DNA of 64,000 nt from an uncultured Clostridia bacterium (GTDB lineage Bacteria > Bacillota > JAAYKD01 > CAYOCI01), in the NCBI GenBank assembly GCA_964402415.1, contig CAYOCI010000006.1:16020-80019 (forward strand), read 5' to 3'. Each line of letters starts with the position of its first letter. Position 1 is the first letter of the stretch. Positions 29,889 through 39,469 of this stretch are shown here, in pieces. Under the pieces are notes generated by a model. It saw only the letters and a program-made list of their open reading frames with translations. It was not told the DNA's origin and made no database searches. A program made the translations under genes and the position numbers.

Positions 29889-31160
29889 ATGACCGTTCGC
29901 TTCATCCATACGGCTGATATTCATCTGGACAGTCCGCTCTGCGGCCTGTACCGCTATCAAGGTGCTCCAGAGGAGCAGTTGCGCGGTGCCACCCGCAGAG
30001 CGCTGGAGAACCTGGTTGACCTCGCCATCACCGAACGGGTCGACTTTGTCCTGATCGCCGGGGATCTCTACGATGGCGATTGGCGCGATTACAATACCGG
30101 TCTCTACTTCGTCGGTCAGATGGGCCGACTGCGCGAGGCTGATATCCCTGTCTACGTGGTCCAGGGCAATCACGACGCTGCCAGCTCCATGACCCGCCGT
30201 CTGCGTCTGCCCCAGAATGTCAACCTCTTTGCCACCGACCGTGCGGAGACCAAGTCGCTGGACCATCTCGGCGTCGCCATCCATGGGCACGGCTTCGCCA
30301 AACAGGCGACCACCGAGGATCTCTCCACCCGCTACCCCGATCCCCATTCAGGCCAACTCAATATCGGCCTGCTACATACGTGCGCTGGTGGGCGTGAGGG
30401 GCACGAAAGCTACGCCCCCTGCAGCCTCGACTATCTTGCCGCCAAAGGGTATGACTACTGGGCCCTTGGCCATGTCCATAAACGCGAGGTTCTACGCAGC
30501 GGGTACCCTTGGATAGTTTTCCCAGGCAATACCCAGGGCCGTCATATCCGCGAGACCGGGCCCAAAGGCTGCAGTCTGGTAACCGCCCGCGATGGGCGAA
30601 TCGAGTCCGTCGAGCATCGGGCTCTGGACGTGCTGCGCTGGGCCGTCTGCGAGGTCGATGCCTCTGGCGCCATCGATACCGACGAACTCCTGGTCCGAGC
30701 TGACCAGCAGATCGGGCTCACCGCATCCGAGAGCGCCGACCGCCTGATGGCCGTGCGCATGGTGATCAAGGGCGCTTGCCCTGCCCATCGAGTGATCAAC
30801 CAGCGGCCCGAGCAGTTTGAAGAGCAGCTCCGCGCTCTGGTCAATGATCTCGCCCGCGATCAGATCTGGCTGGAAAAGATCAAGCTCGAGACACGCCGTG
30901 ACCAAGACCTGAACGCGCTCCTCGAGCAGCAGCACGCCGTGGCTTTCCTCGGGCGCTTCATCCAAGAGCTGCAAAGCGATGCCGAGGCCATGACCGAGCT
31001 GAAAGCTGAGTTCAAGGAGCTGGAGACCGTCTTACGCCGTGACCTGGGCAGCGCCGCTGATACGCTGGGCTTAGGCGATGGGGCCATCTTTGGCGCACTC
31101 TTTGGGGAAGCGGGCGAGCTGGTGCTCAGCAGCATCCTGGATCAGGAGGAGAGAGCATGA
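29889..31160 (+). CDS. sbcD: SbcD/Mre11-family DNA-repair exonuclease (YhaO-like)
   Basis: Calcineurin-like phosphoesterase motifs 'FIHTADIHLD', 'VLIAGDLYD', 'VVQGNHD', 'GHVH'. Overlaps the downstream ATPase gene. Confidence 0.8.
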   Translation: MTVRFIHTADIHLDSPLCGLYRYQGAPEEQLRGATRRALENLVDLAITERVDFVLIAGDLYDGDWRDYNTGLYFVGQMGRLREADIPVYVVQGNHDAASSMTRRLRLPQNVNLFATDRAETKSLDHLGVAIHGHGFAKQATTEDLSTRYPDPHSGQLNIGLLHTCAGGREGHESYAPCSLDYLAAKGYDYWALGHVHKREVLRSGYPWIVFPGNTQGRHIRETGPKGCSLVTARDGRIESVEHRALDVLRWAVCEVDASGAIDTDELLVRADQQIGLTASESADRLMAVRMVIKGACPAHRVINQRPEQFEEQLRALVNDLARDQIWLEKIKLETRRDQDLNALLEQQHAVAFLGRFIQELQSDAEAMTELKAEFKELETVLRRDLGSAADTLGLGDGAIFGALFGEAGELVLSSILDQEERA

Positions 31161-34100
31161 GGATTGCCAGCCTGTATCTAAAGGCCTATGGCCGTTTTAC
31201 CGAGCGGCAGATCGATCTCCCCGCCGACCGCGGTTTTCATATGATCTATGGCGGCAATGAGGCAGGGAAGAGTACCACCCTGCGCGCCATCACCAGCTTC
31301 CTGTATGGATTTGAACATCAGCATGGCGACGACTTCGTCCACAGCAGCAGCCAGCTGCGCGTGGGTGCCCGCGTGATCGGTGAGGGTGGCGAGCAGCATG
31401 AGCTGGTTCGCCGCAAGGGCCGGAAGGACACACTCCTCGACTCCGAAGGTCGTCCTGTAGCCGATGCCCTGCTAGCCAAGCTGATGGGGAACCTCGACCA
31501 AACCCTCTTCACCAATATCTTCGGCCTCGATCACCAGACCTTGATCCAAGGAGGCGAGGAGCTGGTCACCGCCAATGGGGGTGTGGGTGAGAGCCTGTTC
31601 AGTGCCGCTAGCGGAGCGACCGGGATCCAAGAGATCATGCAGGCGCTGGACACCCAGGCCTCGGATATTTTCAAGAGGACAGGCAGCAAGCCCGAGCTGA
31701 ATCAGGCTCTAAACCGCTATAAAGAGCTGCGGCAGAAGATCAACGACCTCTCGCTGGCCCCCTCAAACTGGGAAGCCACGGAGAAGGAGTACCAGCGCCA
31801 AGCAGAAGAGCTGGATCAGCTCAAACAAGCCATCGCCCAGATCGCCAAGCGCGCGGCGCAACTGGAGCGGATTCAACGTTCACTCCCCTTGATCGCGGAG
31901 CTGCAGCGGCATCGAGAAGAGCTGGCCGCCATGGGTGACGTGCTCACCCTGCCCACGATTGCGACCAGCGAACGCGAGCAGTGGACTCAGGCCCAGGAGA
32001 TCGCCGCCACCGACCGTCGCCGCGCCGAGACCGCCATCGAAGCCCTCGGCCAGCAGTTGGCTGGGCTCCAGGTCTCCACCACCATCCTGGACCGAGCCGG
32101 AGAGATCCGCGGCCTGAATGAGAGAATCGAGAGCTATCGCAACCAGCAAAAGCAGCGGCCCCACCTACAGGCTGAGGTTGCCCAACACCAGCAGACGGTC
32201 TTGGCGCTGCTCCAGCTGGTGGAACCCGGCCGCAGCTCGGTAGCTGAGCTGGATGGCCTGCGCGTTCCTCTGCACCTCACCGAGCAGATCCGGCGCCTGA
32301 CCGAGCAGTACAATACCCTGCAACAGCTGCTCGCTCAGCTGCGTACCCGCAGAGATCAGATCGAAGAAGACCTGGCGAAGACGCAACGCGACCTGGATCG
32401 GCTGCGCGGTCACCACGACCTATCCTGTCTGCAGCGGGCGCTGCAGCATGCGCGCCAGGTAGGCAAGGTCGACAACGAGTGCGATCAGCTTCGCTTGCAG
32501 ATCTCCCAAGCCGAGGCCAAGTTGGCGGACGGTATACGCGGCCTCTCCCTCTGGCAGGGAAGCGCTGAGCAACTCACCACGCTGCCGCTGCCGCTCAAGG
32601 AGACGATTCGCGCCTTCGCGGATCGGGCTATCCGCCTGGAGCAGCGCGACGCGCAGCTGCAGGCTGGCGTACTGGAGATGGACCGCCAGATCGCCGAGTG
32701 CCAGCGTCAACTTGAGGAGATCAGACTGGCCGGCGACGTGCCCACAGTCGAGCAACTGACCACCGCCCGCCAGCGCCGTGAGAATGGCTGGCAGTTGGTG
32801 CGCAAGGCGTGGCTAGAGGGGCAGCGGTCCGACGAGGCTGAGCAGGAGTTCGACCCCGCCCAGCCCCTGGCCAGCGCCTACGAACAGAGTGTGGATAAGG
32901 CCGACCAGGTGTCTGATCATCTGCGTCGGGAGGCCAAGCGGGTGGCTGAGAAGGCTGCCCTTGAAGACCGGATCAGAGCCCTACTGGAAAAGGTCGATGA
33001 ACTGGCACTGACAAAGAATGCATTGACCCAAGATCGAGAGCAGTATGCTCACGAATGGAGCGCCCTCTGGCAGTCGCTCGCCGTCGAGCCCCTCTCCCCC
33101 CAGGAGATGATCGAATGGCTGGAGCGCTGCGTCAGCCTGCAGACCGCCGCCCATGGGCGGCGCGAGCAGCAGCAGCGGCTGCAGCAGCTGACCTCCCTCA
33201 GTCAGCAGCTCTGTGGTGAGCTGGGCACCTCCCTTAGCGAGGTGGGCGAGTCTGGCTGGCAGACCGGTGAGACCTTGGACGATCTGGTCGACCGGGCCGA
33301 GGGGATCTACCAACGTTTGCGCGACACCAAGACCCGCTTTGATCAGCTGACCGAAAGCCAGGCCGATCAGAAAGTGAAGGAAGAGAAGGCCCGCACCGAA
33401 GAAGACCGCCTGCAGGCTGAGTTAGCCATGTGGAGAGCGAACTGGTCCACTGCCATGACCACCCTGGGGATCTCTGCGGAGATACTCCCCGAGGCAGCCT
33501 TGGCCCGGATCGAGAAGCTGGACGAACTCTTCCGCCAGAAGGCGGAGCTCGACTCTGCCCAGAGCCAGATCACCACCATGCAGAGTGCCATGGCCAGCTT
33601 CCAGCAGCAGGCTCATCAGCTGGCAGTGGAACTGATGGCTGAGAGTGCTGATCTGCCTGCTGAGGTGTTGGTCACGCGACTGGGCGAGCAGGTGACCCGA
33701 GTCCAGCAGCAGATCACCGAACGCCAAGGCTATGAACGTCAGCTTCAGCAAGCGCAGCAGCAACTGACAGTGGCCAAGGAGGACGAGCTCAAGGCTCAGG
33801 AGCAGCTCGAACGTTTGATGCAGCAAGCAGGCTGCCAGGACCTCGATGCCTTGGTTATCGCCGAGCAGCGCTCGCAGAGCTACCTGCAGCTGGCCAGCCG
33901 TATCGCCGAACTGGAGAGGCTACTGCTCCAAGGAGGGGCAGGGCTGACGCTGGAGCAACTGATCGCTGAGACCAGCGGCGTCGATCGTGATGCCATCCCC
34001 TTTGAACTGCGCCAAGCCCAGGCCGAGCAGCAGGCCATGGACCGCCGCCGCACCGAGCTAGAGCAAGTCTTCGGCGTCACCAAGGCGAGCTACGAAGAGC

Positions 34101-34663
34101 AGTCCCAGGGTCGTAGCTCCCAGGCCTCACAGATCGCCCAGGAAGCGCAATCCGAGCTGGCCCGTATCCAGTCGCTCACGACCCACTACATGCGCCTACG
34201 CTTGGCCCAGTCCGTGCTGAAGCGTGGGATCGAGCGCTACCGTGCCGAGAACCAGAACACCCTGCTGCAGCGGACCGCCGAGATCTTCAGCCAGATCACC
34301 GCTGGCGCCTTCACCGACCTACAGACCGACTACGATGACAAAGACCGCACCGTTCTGCTGGCGGTTCGTGCCAATGGTCAAAAGGTCGATATCGATGGTA
34401 TGAGCGACGGGACCCAAGACCAGCTCTTCCTGGCCATCCGTCTGGCCAGCATCGAGCATTACCTGAAGAACGGGCAACCCGTCCCCCTGGTGCTGGACGA
34501 TATCTTGATCAACTTTGACGACGCCCGCTCCCGCGCCACCCTGCGCGTCCTCGCCGAGATCGCGGAGAGGGTCCAAGTGATCTTCTTCACCCACCACCAA
34601 GCTCTGGTCGAGATGGCGAAGGACGAGATCGAGCCGCAGAAGCTGAACGTGGTGGAGCTGTAG
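31157..34663 (+). CDS. sbcC: SbcC/Rad50-like AAA ATPase with long coiled coil (YhaN-like)
   Basis: N-terminal Walker A 'YGGNEAGKST'. About 900 aa of Q/E/L/R-rich coiled coil. C-terminal signature/Walker B region 'DGMSDGTQDQLFLAIRLA…LVLDDILINFDD'. Confidence 0.8.
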   Translation: MRIASLYLKAYGRFTERQIDLPADRGFHMIYGGNEAGKSTTLRAITSFLYGFEHQHGDDFVHSSSQLRVGARVIGEGGEQHELVRRKGRKDTLLDSEGRPVADALLAKLMGNLDQTLFTNIFGLDHQTLIQGGEELVTANGGVGESLFSAASGATGIQEIMQALDTQASDIFKRTGSKPELNQALNRYKELRQKINDLSLAPSNWEATEKEYQRQAEELDQLKQAIAQIAKRAAQLERIQRSLPLIAELQRHREELAAMGDVLTLPTIATSEREQWTQAQEIAATDRRRAETAIEALGQQLAGLQVSTTILDRAGEIRGLNERIESYRNQQKQRPHLQAEVAQHQQTVLALLQLVEPGRSSVAELDGLRVPLHLTEQIRRLTEQYNTLQQLLAQLRTRRDQIEEDLAKTQRDLDRLRGHHDLSCLQRALQHARQVGKVDNECDQLRLQISQAEAKLADGIRGLSLWQGSAEQLTTLPLPLKETIRAFADRAIRLEQRDAQLQAGVLEMDRQIAECQRQLEEIRLAGDVPTVEQLTTARQRRENGWQLVRKAWLEGQRSDEAEQEFDPAQPLASAYEQSVDKADQVSDHLRREAKRVAEKAALEDRIRALLEKVDELALTKNALTQDREQYAHEWSALWQSLAVEPLSPQEMIEWLERCVSLQTAAHGRREQQQRLQQLTSLSQQLCGELGTSLSEVGESGWQTGETLDDLVDRAEGIYQRLRDTKTRFDQLTESQADQKVKEEKARTEEDRLQAELAMWRANWSTAMTTLGISAEILPEAALARIEKLDELFRQKAELDSAQSQITTMQSAMASFQQQAHQLAVELMAESADLPAEVLVTRLGEQVTRVQQQITERQGYERQLQQAQQQLTVAKEDELKAQEQLERLMQQAGCQDLDALVIAEQRSQSYLQLASRIAELERLLLQGGAGLTLEQLIAETSGVDRDAIPFELRQAQAEQQAMDRRRTELEQVFGVTKASYEEQSQGRSSQASQIAQEAQSELARIQSLTTHYMRLRLAQSVLKRGIERYRAENQNTLLQRTAEIFSQITAGAFTDLQTDYDDKDRTVLLAVRANGQKVDIDGMSDGTQDQLFLAIRLASIEHYLKNGQPVPLVLDDILINFDDARSRATLRVLAEIAERVQVIFFTHHQALVEMAKDEIEPQKLNVVEL

Positions 34664-34721
34664 GGTCCCGTCCTCCTCCACCCATGTACCGTCGTCATTG
34701 ACTTCATCATTACAACCTCAA

Positions 34722-35085
34722 TCACGGCCAGGTCGTCTGTAGGGGCGGGTAAACCGTCGCAGCATGGCTGCGAGGCTACAGGCCCGCCCGTGTCACCCCC
34801 GTTCCTCCGCTCCCCGTTTCTCCACCACGTACCGTTGCCATTATCTCCATCGGTGCAGCCACACCGGCGACAGGGCCGTCTGTAGGGGAGGGTCTCAGAC
34901 CCTCCCGCCGTCACCCCCTCCCCCGCCCCCATCCCCCCGTTTCTCCACCGCGTACCGTTGCCCTTATCTCCATCGATACAGCCACAACGACGGTAGGGCC
35001 GTCTGTAGGGGAGGGTCTTAGACCCTCCCGCCGTTCCCTCGTTCCCCGCCCCTCCGCTCCCCGTCCCGCCGTCCATCCGCCGCCG
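34722..35085. repeat. GC-rich tandem repeat array (about 123-bp unit, 2–3 copies) with embedded 'GTAGGGG(C/A)GGG…CCC(G/T)CCC' hairpins
   Basis: A unit beginning 'ccgtttctccacc(a/g)cgtaccgttgcc(a/c)ttatctccatcg…ggccgtctgtaggggagggtct(c/t)agaccctcccgccgt' recurs at about 34813 and 34936. Related dispersed copies lie at 1–60, 3700–3790 and 36405–36535. Confidence 0.7.
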
Positions 35086-35140
35086 CACCTCTTCCTACTT
35101 TTCTACGCCAATCCCACCACTACACGGAGGACGTGAAGTC

Positions 35141-36325
35141 ATGATCGAAGTCAAAGGCAAGTACAACACCGCCAAGGTCTACATCGACCAGGTCGGCGAA
35201 GAGACCATCGCCCAGATCCTCGAGCTCTGTAACCAGGAGTTCACCGCCGGCTCCACCATCCGCATCATGCCCGACACGCATAAGGGGGCCGGCTGCACCA
35301 TCGGCACCACCATGACCATCCGCGACAAGATCGTCCCGAATCTCGTCGGGGTCGATATCGGCTGCGGAGTGGAGGTCGCTGAGCTCGCCGAGAGCGAGAT
35401 CGACTTCGCCAAGCTCGACCGTGTTATCCGCGAGCATATCCCTTCCGGGTCGTCGGTCCGCTCGACCGAACACCCCTACGTCTCCCAGGCCAGCATAGAC
35501 GATCTGCGTTGCCGTGCGCAGATCAGCATCAGTCGCGCACGGCTTAGCATTGGCACCCTCGGCGGCGGCAACCACTATATCGAGATCGACCGCGATGATC
35601 AGGGACGGCTGTACCTCGCCGTCCATTCCGGTAGCCGCCATATGGGCAAGCAGATCGCCGAGTACTACCAGAAGCTCGGCCACCAGCGCCTGACCCGCGA
35701 TCGCCAAGCTGCTATGGTCACCCGCCTCAAAGCTGGTAAGCGCGACCACGAGATCCACGCCGAACTCCAGAAGTTCAAGGCTCAGTCTATCTCGAAGGAC
35801 CTAGCCTATGTGGAAGGGCAGGACTACGCAGACTACCTGCACGACATGGTCATCGCCCAAGTCTATGCCACCATCAATCGTAAAGCCATGGTCGAGGAGA
35901 TCACAAAGCGTATGGGGCTCCACGTGGTCTCCCGCTTCACCACCATTCACAACTACATCGATACCGAGAGCATGATCCTGCGCAAGGGCGCCATCTCCGC
36001 CCAGGCAGGGGAGAAGCTGATCATCCCGATCAACATGCGCGACGGCGCCCTGATCTGCGTCGGCAGAGGCAACCCCGACTGGAACTACTCCGCCCCCCAC
36101 GGAGCCGGTCGCCTACTCAGCCGTGGCGAAGCCAAGCGCCGGATCAGCATCGAGGACTACCGCCGCTCCATGGATGGGATCTACACTACGTCCGTGGATG
36201 CCAGCACCCTGGACGAAGCCGCCATGGCCTACAAACCCATGGAGCAGATCATCCGCAATATCGGCGATACCGTCGAGATCACGGCCATCGTCAAGCCGGT
36301 GTACAACTTCAAGGCCGGGGAGTAA
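35141..36325 (+). CDS. rtcB: RtcB-family RNA ligase (short form)
   Basis: Motifs 'PDTHKGAGCTIG', 'GGGNHYIEID', 'HNYI' and 'PHGAGR' match the metal- and GTP-binding residues of RtcB. Confidence 0.8.
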   Translation: MIEVKGKYNTAKVYIDQVGEETIAQILELCNQEFTAGSTIRIMPDTHKGAGCTIGTTMTIRDKIVPNLVGVDIGCGVEVAELAESEIDFAKLDRVIREHIPSGSSVRSTEHPYVSQASIDDLRCRAQISISRARLSIGTLGGGNHYIEIDRDDQGRLYLAVHSGSRHMGKQIAEYYQKLGHQRLTRDRQAAMVTRLKAGKRDHEIHAELQKFKAQSISKDLAYVEGQDYADYLHDMVIAQVYATINRKAMVEEITKRMGLHVVSRFTTIHNYIDTESMILRKGAISAQAGEKLIIPINMRDGALICVGRGNPDWNYSAPHGAGRLLSRGEAKRRISIEDYRRSMDGIYTTSVDASTLDEAAMAYKPMEQIIRNIGDTVEITAIVKPVYNFKAGE

Positions 36326-36620
36326 CGTAGTACGCCCCTCTGGCCCAACGCCGCCTACTTCGTTTCCGCGCCGATCACCGCCTCACACGACCAATGATCA
36401 CCTAGCGCCGAGGGCGTCCGTAGGGGCGCCGCTCAGCTGCGCCCGCCCGTCCTCACCGTAATCTCACTGTCTTACCGCCGCAGACTCTCTCACCACGAAG
36501 GCTGGATGTAGGGGCGGGTCTGACGACCCGCTCGTGGAGGGGCACTCTGTGCCCCGGCTTCCGCATTCCCGCCGCAGTCATCCTGCCTGTCACGCATCTA
36601 CTTGTTACAAGAAATAGCAT

Positions 36621-36649
36621 TTGACATAACGCCATTCTTGCTGTAATAT
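36621..36649 (+). promoter_or_regulatory. Near-consensus sigma-A promoter (TTGACA-17-TAATAT) driving the small gene at 36757
   Basis: TTGACA at 36621–26 and TAATAT at 36644–49. Same architecture as the promoter at 29242. Confidence 0.6.
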
Positions 36650-36756
36650 ACCAAGAAGCAGATTGTAAGCGCGATAGAGAACGTATAAGCCTGATGCAGC
36701 TTGACCACGACCACCTATTGAAACAGATCTGACTCCAACCATAAAGGAAGAACTAT

Positions 36757-36990
36757 ATGTTTCAGAAACAACTTTCGAAGTCCAACAACACCCCGCTGTT
36801 TTGGTTTGATAACCTCAGCATGGCAGTCACCATTGGTGATCGCGTTCAGGGCCGCGCAACTGGCGTCCCGGGCACACTGACCTCGATCGACCAACGCCGC
36901 TTCACCGTGGCTTGGGACGGACATGGTCACAAGACCTACCCGATCGATCTGGCCAATGAGATCCGCCCCCTGATCGCTCAGGCTCACTAA
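36757..36990 (+). CDS. Small conserved hypothetical protein, paralog of 29376..29603
   Basis: 77 aa, about 55% identical to the 29376 product. Hairpin terminator at 36999–37035. Confidence 0.5.
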   Translation: MFQKQLSKSNNTPLFWFDNLSMAVTIGDRVQGRATGVPGTLTSIDQRRFTVAWDGHGHKTYPIDLANEIRPLIAQAH

Positions 36991-37060
36991 GAACACAAAC
37001 AGCAGGAACCAGCGGCAACGCCGCTGGTTCCTTTTCTGTACCCGTTCGCGGAATCTCTAT

Positions 37061-37372
37061 CTACTCTTTGATGTAGTGGCAGCAGTAGTCGGTCACATCG
37101 TAAACACGCATCCTGAAACCCGAGTTCTTGGGAATGGTAAAGCTCTCACCTGCGCTCACTGGCTGCCACTCGGTGGCATGGGGCAGCCAGACGTCTAGAC
37201 GACCAGCCTGGATCTCCATGATCTCCTTGTCTGCCGTGCCGAACTCATACTCACCGGGCAAAAGGATACCGAGCGTCTTACGCGTCCCATCCGCAAATAG
37301 CACCGTGCGGCTGGTGACCTGTCCGCTGAAGTAGATATTGGCCTTCTTGACTACCGTCACATTCTCAAACAT
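37061..37372 (-). CDS. ppnP: Pyrimidine/purine nucleoside phosphorylase PpnP (UPF0345/DUF1255 cupin)
   Basis: 'MFENVTVVKKANIYFSGQVTSRTVLFADGTRKTLGILLPGEYEFGTADKEIMEIQAGRLDVWLP…' aligns closely with E. coli PpnP ('NEYFSGKVKS…GEYTFST…E.M.V…G.L.V.LP'). Confidence 0.75.
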   Translation of the reverse strand: MFENVTVVKKANIYFSGQVTSRTVLFADGTRKTLGILLPGEYEFGTADKEIMEIQAGRLDVWLPHATEWQPVSAGESFTIPKNSGFRMRVYDVTDYCCHYIKE

Positions 37373-37724
37373 CGTAAGCCCCCCATCACGTAATGAAGAG
37401 TACTTCGGTAACGACCACCCAACCACCTTCCTCTAGACAGGCACACGAGCGACCTGCCCCGTCCTAGCGTATCCCATGCGCTCCAGCCCCGCCGAAAGGA
37501 CTTATTGGTATGTGTCAGATGACCGAGATCGGCCATAATCGGGCCTGGACTGCGCGCGCTCCTCGGCCTATGGGACTACATAGCTACTTCTCCTGCCTCT
37601 GATCCTACAGATCAGCATCGACTTAAGCCAGGTCGGCTTTGGCGGGCGACCGGGCCTGACTGCTATCATAACTTCAGACGGCAGGCCTGCTAGTCAACAC
37701 CAAAATCTAAGGAGGAACGATACC

Positions 37725-37952
37725 ATGGCAATCACCAAACAGGCAGGAGCGGCGAAGCTCGTTCTCAGGCTACAGACCGGCGTCGATGGCAAGGGGGTTC
37801 CCGAACTCAGCTCGCGCACCTACAGCAAGATCAAGCCGGCCACCACCGATCAGAATCTCTACGATGTAGCCCAAGCCATCGCCGATCTGACCAGCTACCC
37901 ACTCTATCGAGTGAACCGCGTGGACGACGCCGCTCTGATCGAGCAGCTGTAG
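37725..37952 (+). CDS. Small protein, DUF1659-like
   Basis: 75 aa with an AAGGAGG RBS. First of a small-protein pair that I recall, without being able to verify, as a DUF1659/DUF2922 arrangement. Confidence 0.4.
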   Translation: MAITKQAGAAKLVLRLQTGVDGKGVPELSSRTYSKIKPATTDQNLYDVAQAIADLTSYPLYRVNRVDDAALIEQL

Positions 37953-38002
37953 TCCAAAACCACCGACCATAACCATCCAAACAGTGAAGGAGGAATAGAG
38001 CG

Positions 38003-38212
38003 ATGAAAACCCTAGTAATGACCTTTCAGACCCAGGGTGGGGCCAAAGTTCACTACCGTGTGGCTGATCCGAAGGATGCGCTTGAGGCCGCTGAGGTTCA
38101 GTCCGCCATGCAGGTGATCCTAGCCAGCAACGTCTTCAGCACCACCTCCGGTGATCTGGCCAGCATCGTCGGCGCCGAGATCATCGACGAACAGACCACG
38201 AAGGTGTTCTAA
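38003..38212 (+). CDS. Small protein, DUF2922-like
   Basis: 69 aa with a GAAGGAGGAA RBS. Second member of the small-protein pair. Confidence 0.4.
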   Translation: MKTLVMTFQTQGGAKVHYRVADPKDALEAAEVQSAMQVILASNVFSTTSGDLASIVGAEIIDEQTTKVF

Positions 38213-38539
38213 TCGGGAATATCTTGCAGGATATTCCCACGCTCACCGTAGTCAGAACTAGCACCTGTTAGGTGCGGTGTCGGCAGTGTCCTGTAGCGGG
38301 CACTGCCGACAGTTGTGACGGGGGATGAGCGGTTGCATGAGCTAGAATAATCTGGGCTGTCCCAAGGGCACTTGCGGACACGACCAGAGCCCAGAAGGAG
38401 CTCCCGTTCCACTGTCCGGGTGGAAGGGGAGCTTTAGTTTGTGAACCAGTCAGCCCTTTCGCCGTGAGGTAGAAAAGACTGACCGATACACCAAACATTA
38501 CAAAACGGAACCAGCGGTGTGCGTCACCGCTGGTTCCTC

Positions 38540-38640
38540 ATATATACCGGTCCGAAACCGAAGCGCCCGTCCCACCATGATGGTGGAGACGATCGCCTCT
38601 GGGGTTCGGTAATTTCATGGGGTGCCTCTGGGCCAGCCCC
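38540..38640 (+). ncRNA. Copy 1 of a conserved ~95-nt structured repeat (candidate small RNA or cis element)
   Basis: Shares 'CCGNNCCGAANCNGAAGCGCCCGTCCCNCCATGNTGGTGGANACGANCGC…GGGTGC…CAGCCCC' with the copy at 39470–39570. The palindrome CCACCATGATGGTGG becomes CCGCCATGCTGGTGG there, a G·U-compatible change on the + strand only. Confidence 0.35.
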
Positions 38641-38655
38641 TTGCTCTTTGTTCGC

Positions 38656-39228
38656 CTATTGGCCACCGGAGCGCAGCACCGCCTCCAGCAGCCGCAGCAG
38701 CTCGTAGCGCTGCTGGTCCAGTCTGGGCTCGGGCTGGTGGCGGTCGGAGTCGGCCGCCGATGCTACGACCCGACCCTTGGCCAGGCGGTTCTGCACATGC
38801 TTGAGCGTGGCGGATGTGGCCAGCTCTACCTGCCCGAGATGGATGATGGTGCGCGCGTCGTCGGATTGGGATCTCCGGGGGAGGCTCTCCAGGCCGGTGA
38901 CACTATCTAGATCGACAAAGCCGTAGGCTGCATCGTCTTTGATCATGGCGGCCCGCATCTTGATCGGCACCAGCACATGCCCGTGTTCCAGAGGGATTGG
39001 GACCGCCAGTGTGGCCCCGCAGATCGGTCCGTAGTTGCGCCGTAGAGCGGTAATGTCGAGGCACCAGGGGCGGATGTACGCCCGCAGCACACTCTTGATG
39101 CCGTGAGGGTCGAGCAGCGTTTCGCCGCTTCTGGTATAGATCTCGGTTGCCTCGCCGATCCCCTTGGCGTTGACCGGCTTCAGGGCGATAACCTGGCGGC
39201 GTAGATGGGTGATCTCAATAACAGTCAA
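38656..39228 (-). CDS. Hypothetical protein, weak ComK-like resemblance
   Basis: 190 aa. Central 'PIPLEHGHVLVPIKMRAAMIKDDAAYGFVDL' loosely resembles the ComK core. Flanked on both sides by the ~95-nt repeat. Confidence 0.35.
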   Translation of the reverse strand: MTVIEITHLRRQVIALKPVNAKGIGEATEIYTRSGETLLDPHGIKSVLRAYIRPWCLDITALRRNYGPICGATLAVPIPLEHGHVLVPIKMRAAMIKDDAAYGFVDLDSVTGLESLPRRSQSDDARTIIHLGQVELATSATLKHVQNRLAKGRVVASAADSDRHQPEPRLDQQRYELLRLLEAVLRSGGQ

Positions 39229-39469
39229 TGGTCTTCATCTCCTTTTGTCGCTGTGTTGCCTAGCGATCTGAGCTTGCATCACCGATCAAGGCACCACTAC
39301 CCGGGCTCAGGGCGGTTGAGGGCGGCTTGACCTGTTTGCGCCCTTATTATACCAAACGCATGTTCGTATGAATAGCGTCTTCACCGACTTTGGTGAAGAC
39401 TGAAGTCGTCGATTTTCCTATCCGCAAACGCAAAGACTCGTGGCTCTCCAGCCCGTTCGAGGTCATTAT

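Noticed and set aside
31880-34083. Multiple antisense ORFs inside sbcC (31880..32164, 32165..32416, 32420..32755, 32981..33313, 33422..33826)
   Set aside because: High GC content and the coiled-coil codon periodicity of sbcC keep antisense frames open. They have no RBS, and the sense-strand gene is strongly supported.
34459-35088. ORFs 34459..35088 (-) and 34764..35021 (+), with Pro/Arg/Gly-rich translations
   Set aside because: They lie entirely within the 123-bp GC-rich tandem repeat array. The translations are low-complexity and mirror the repeat, with no RBS. They are artefacts of the repeats.
34690-35110. Possible CRISPR array in the sbcC–rtcB spacer
   Set aside because: The period is about 123 bp, and nearly the whole unit is repeated rather than a 25–40-bp repeat with unique 30–40-bp spacers. 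There are no cas genes in the window.
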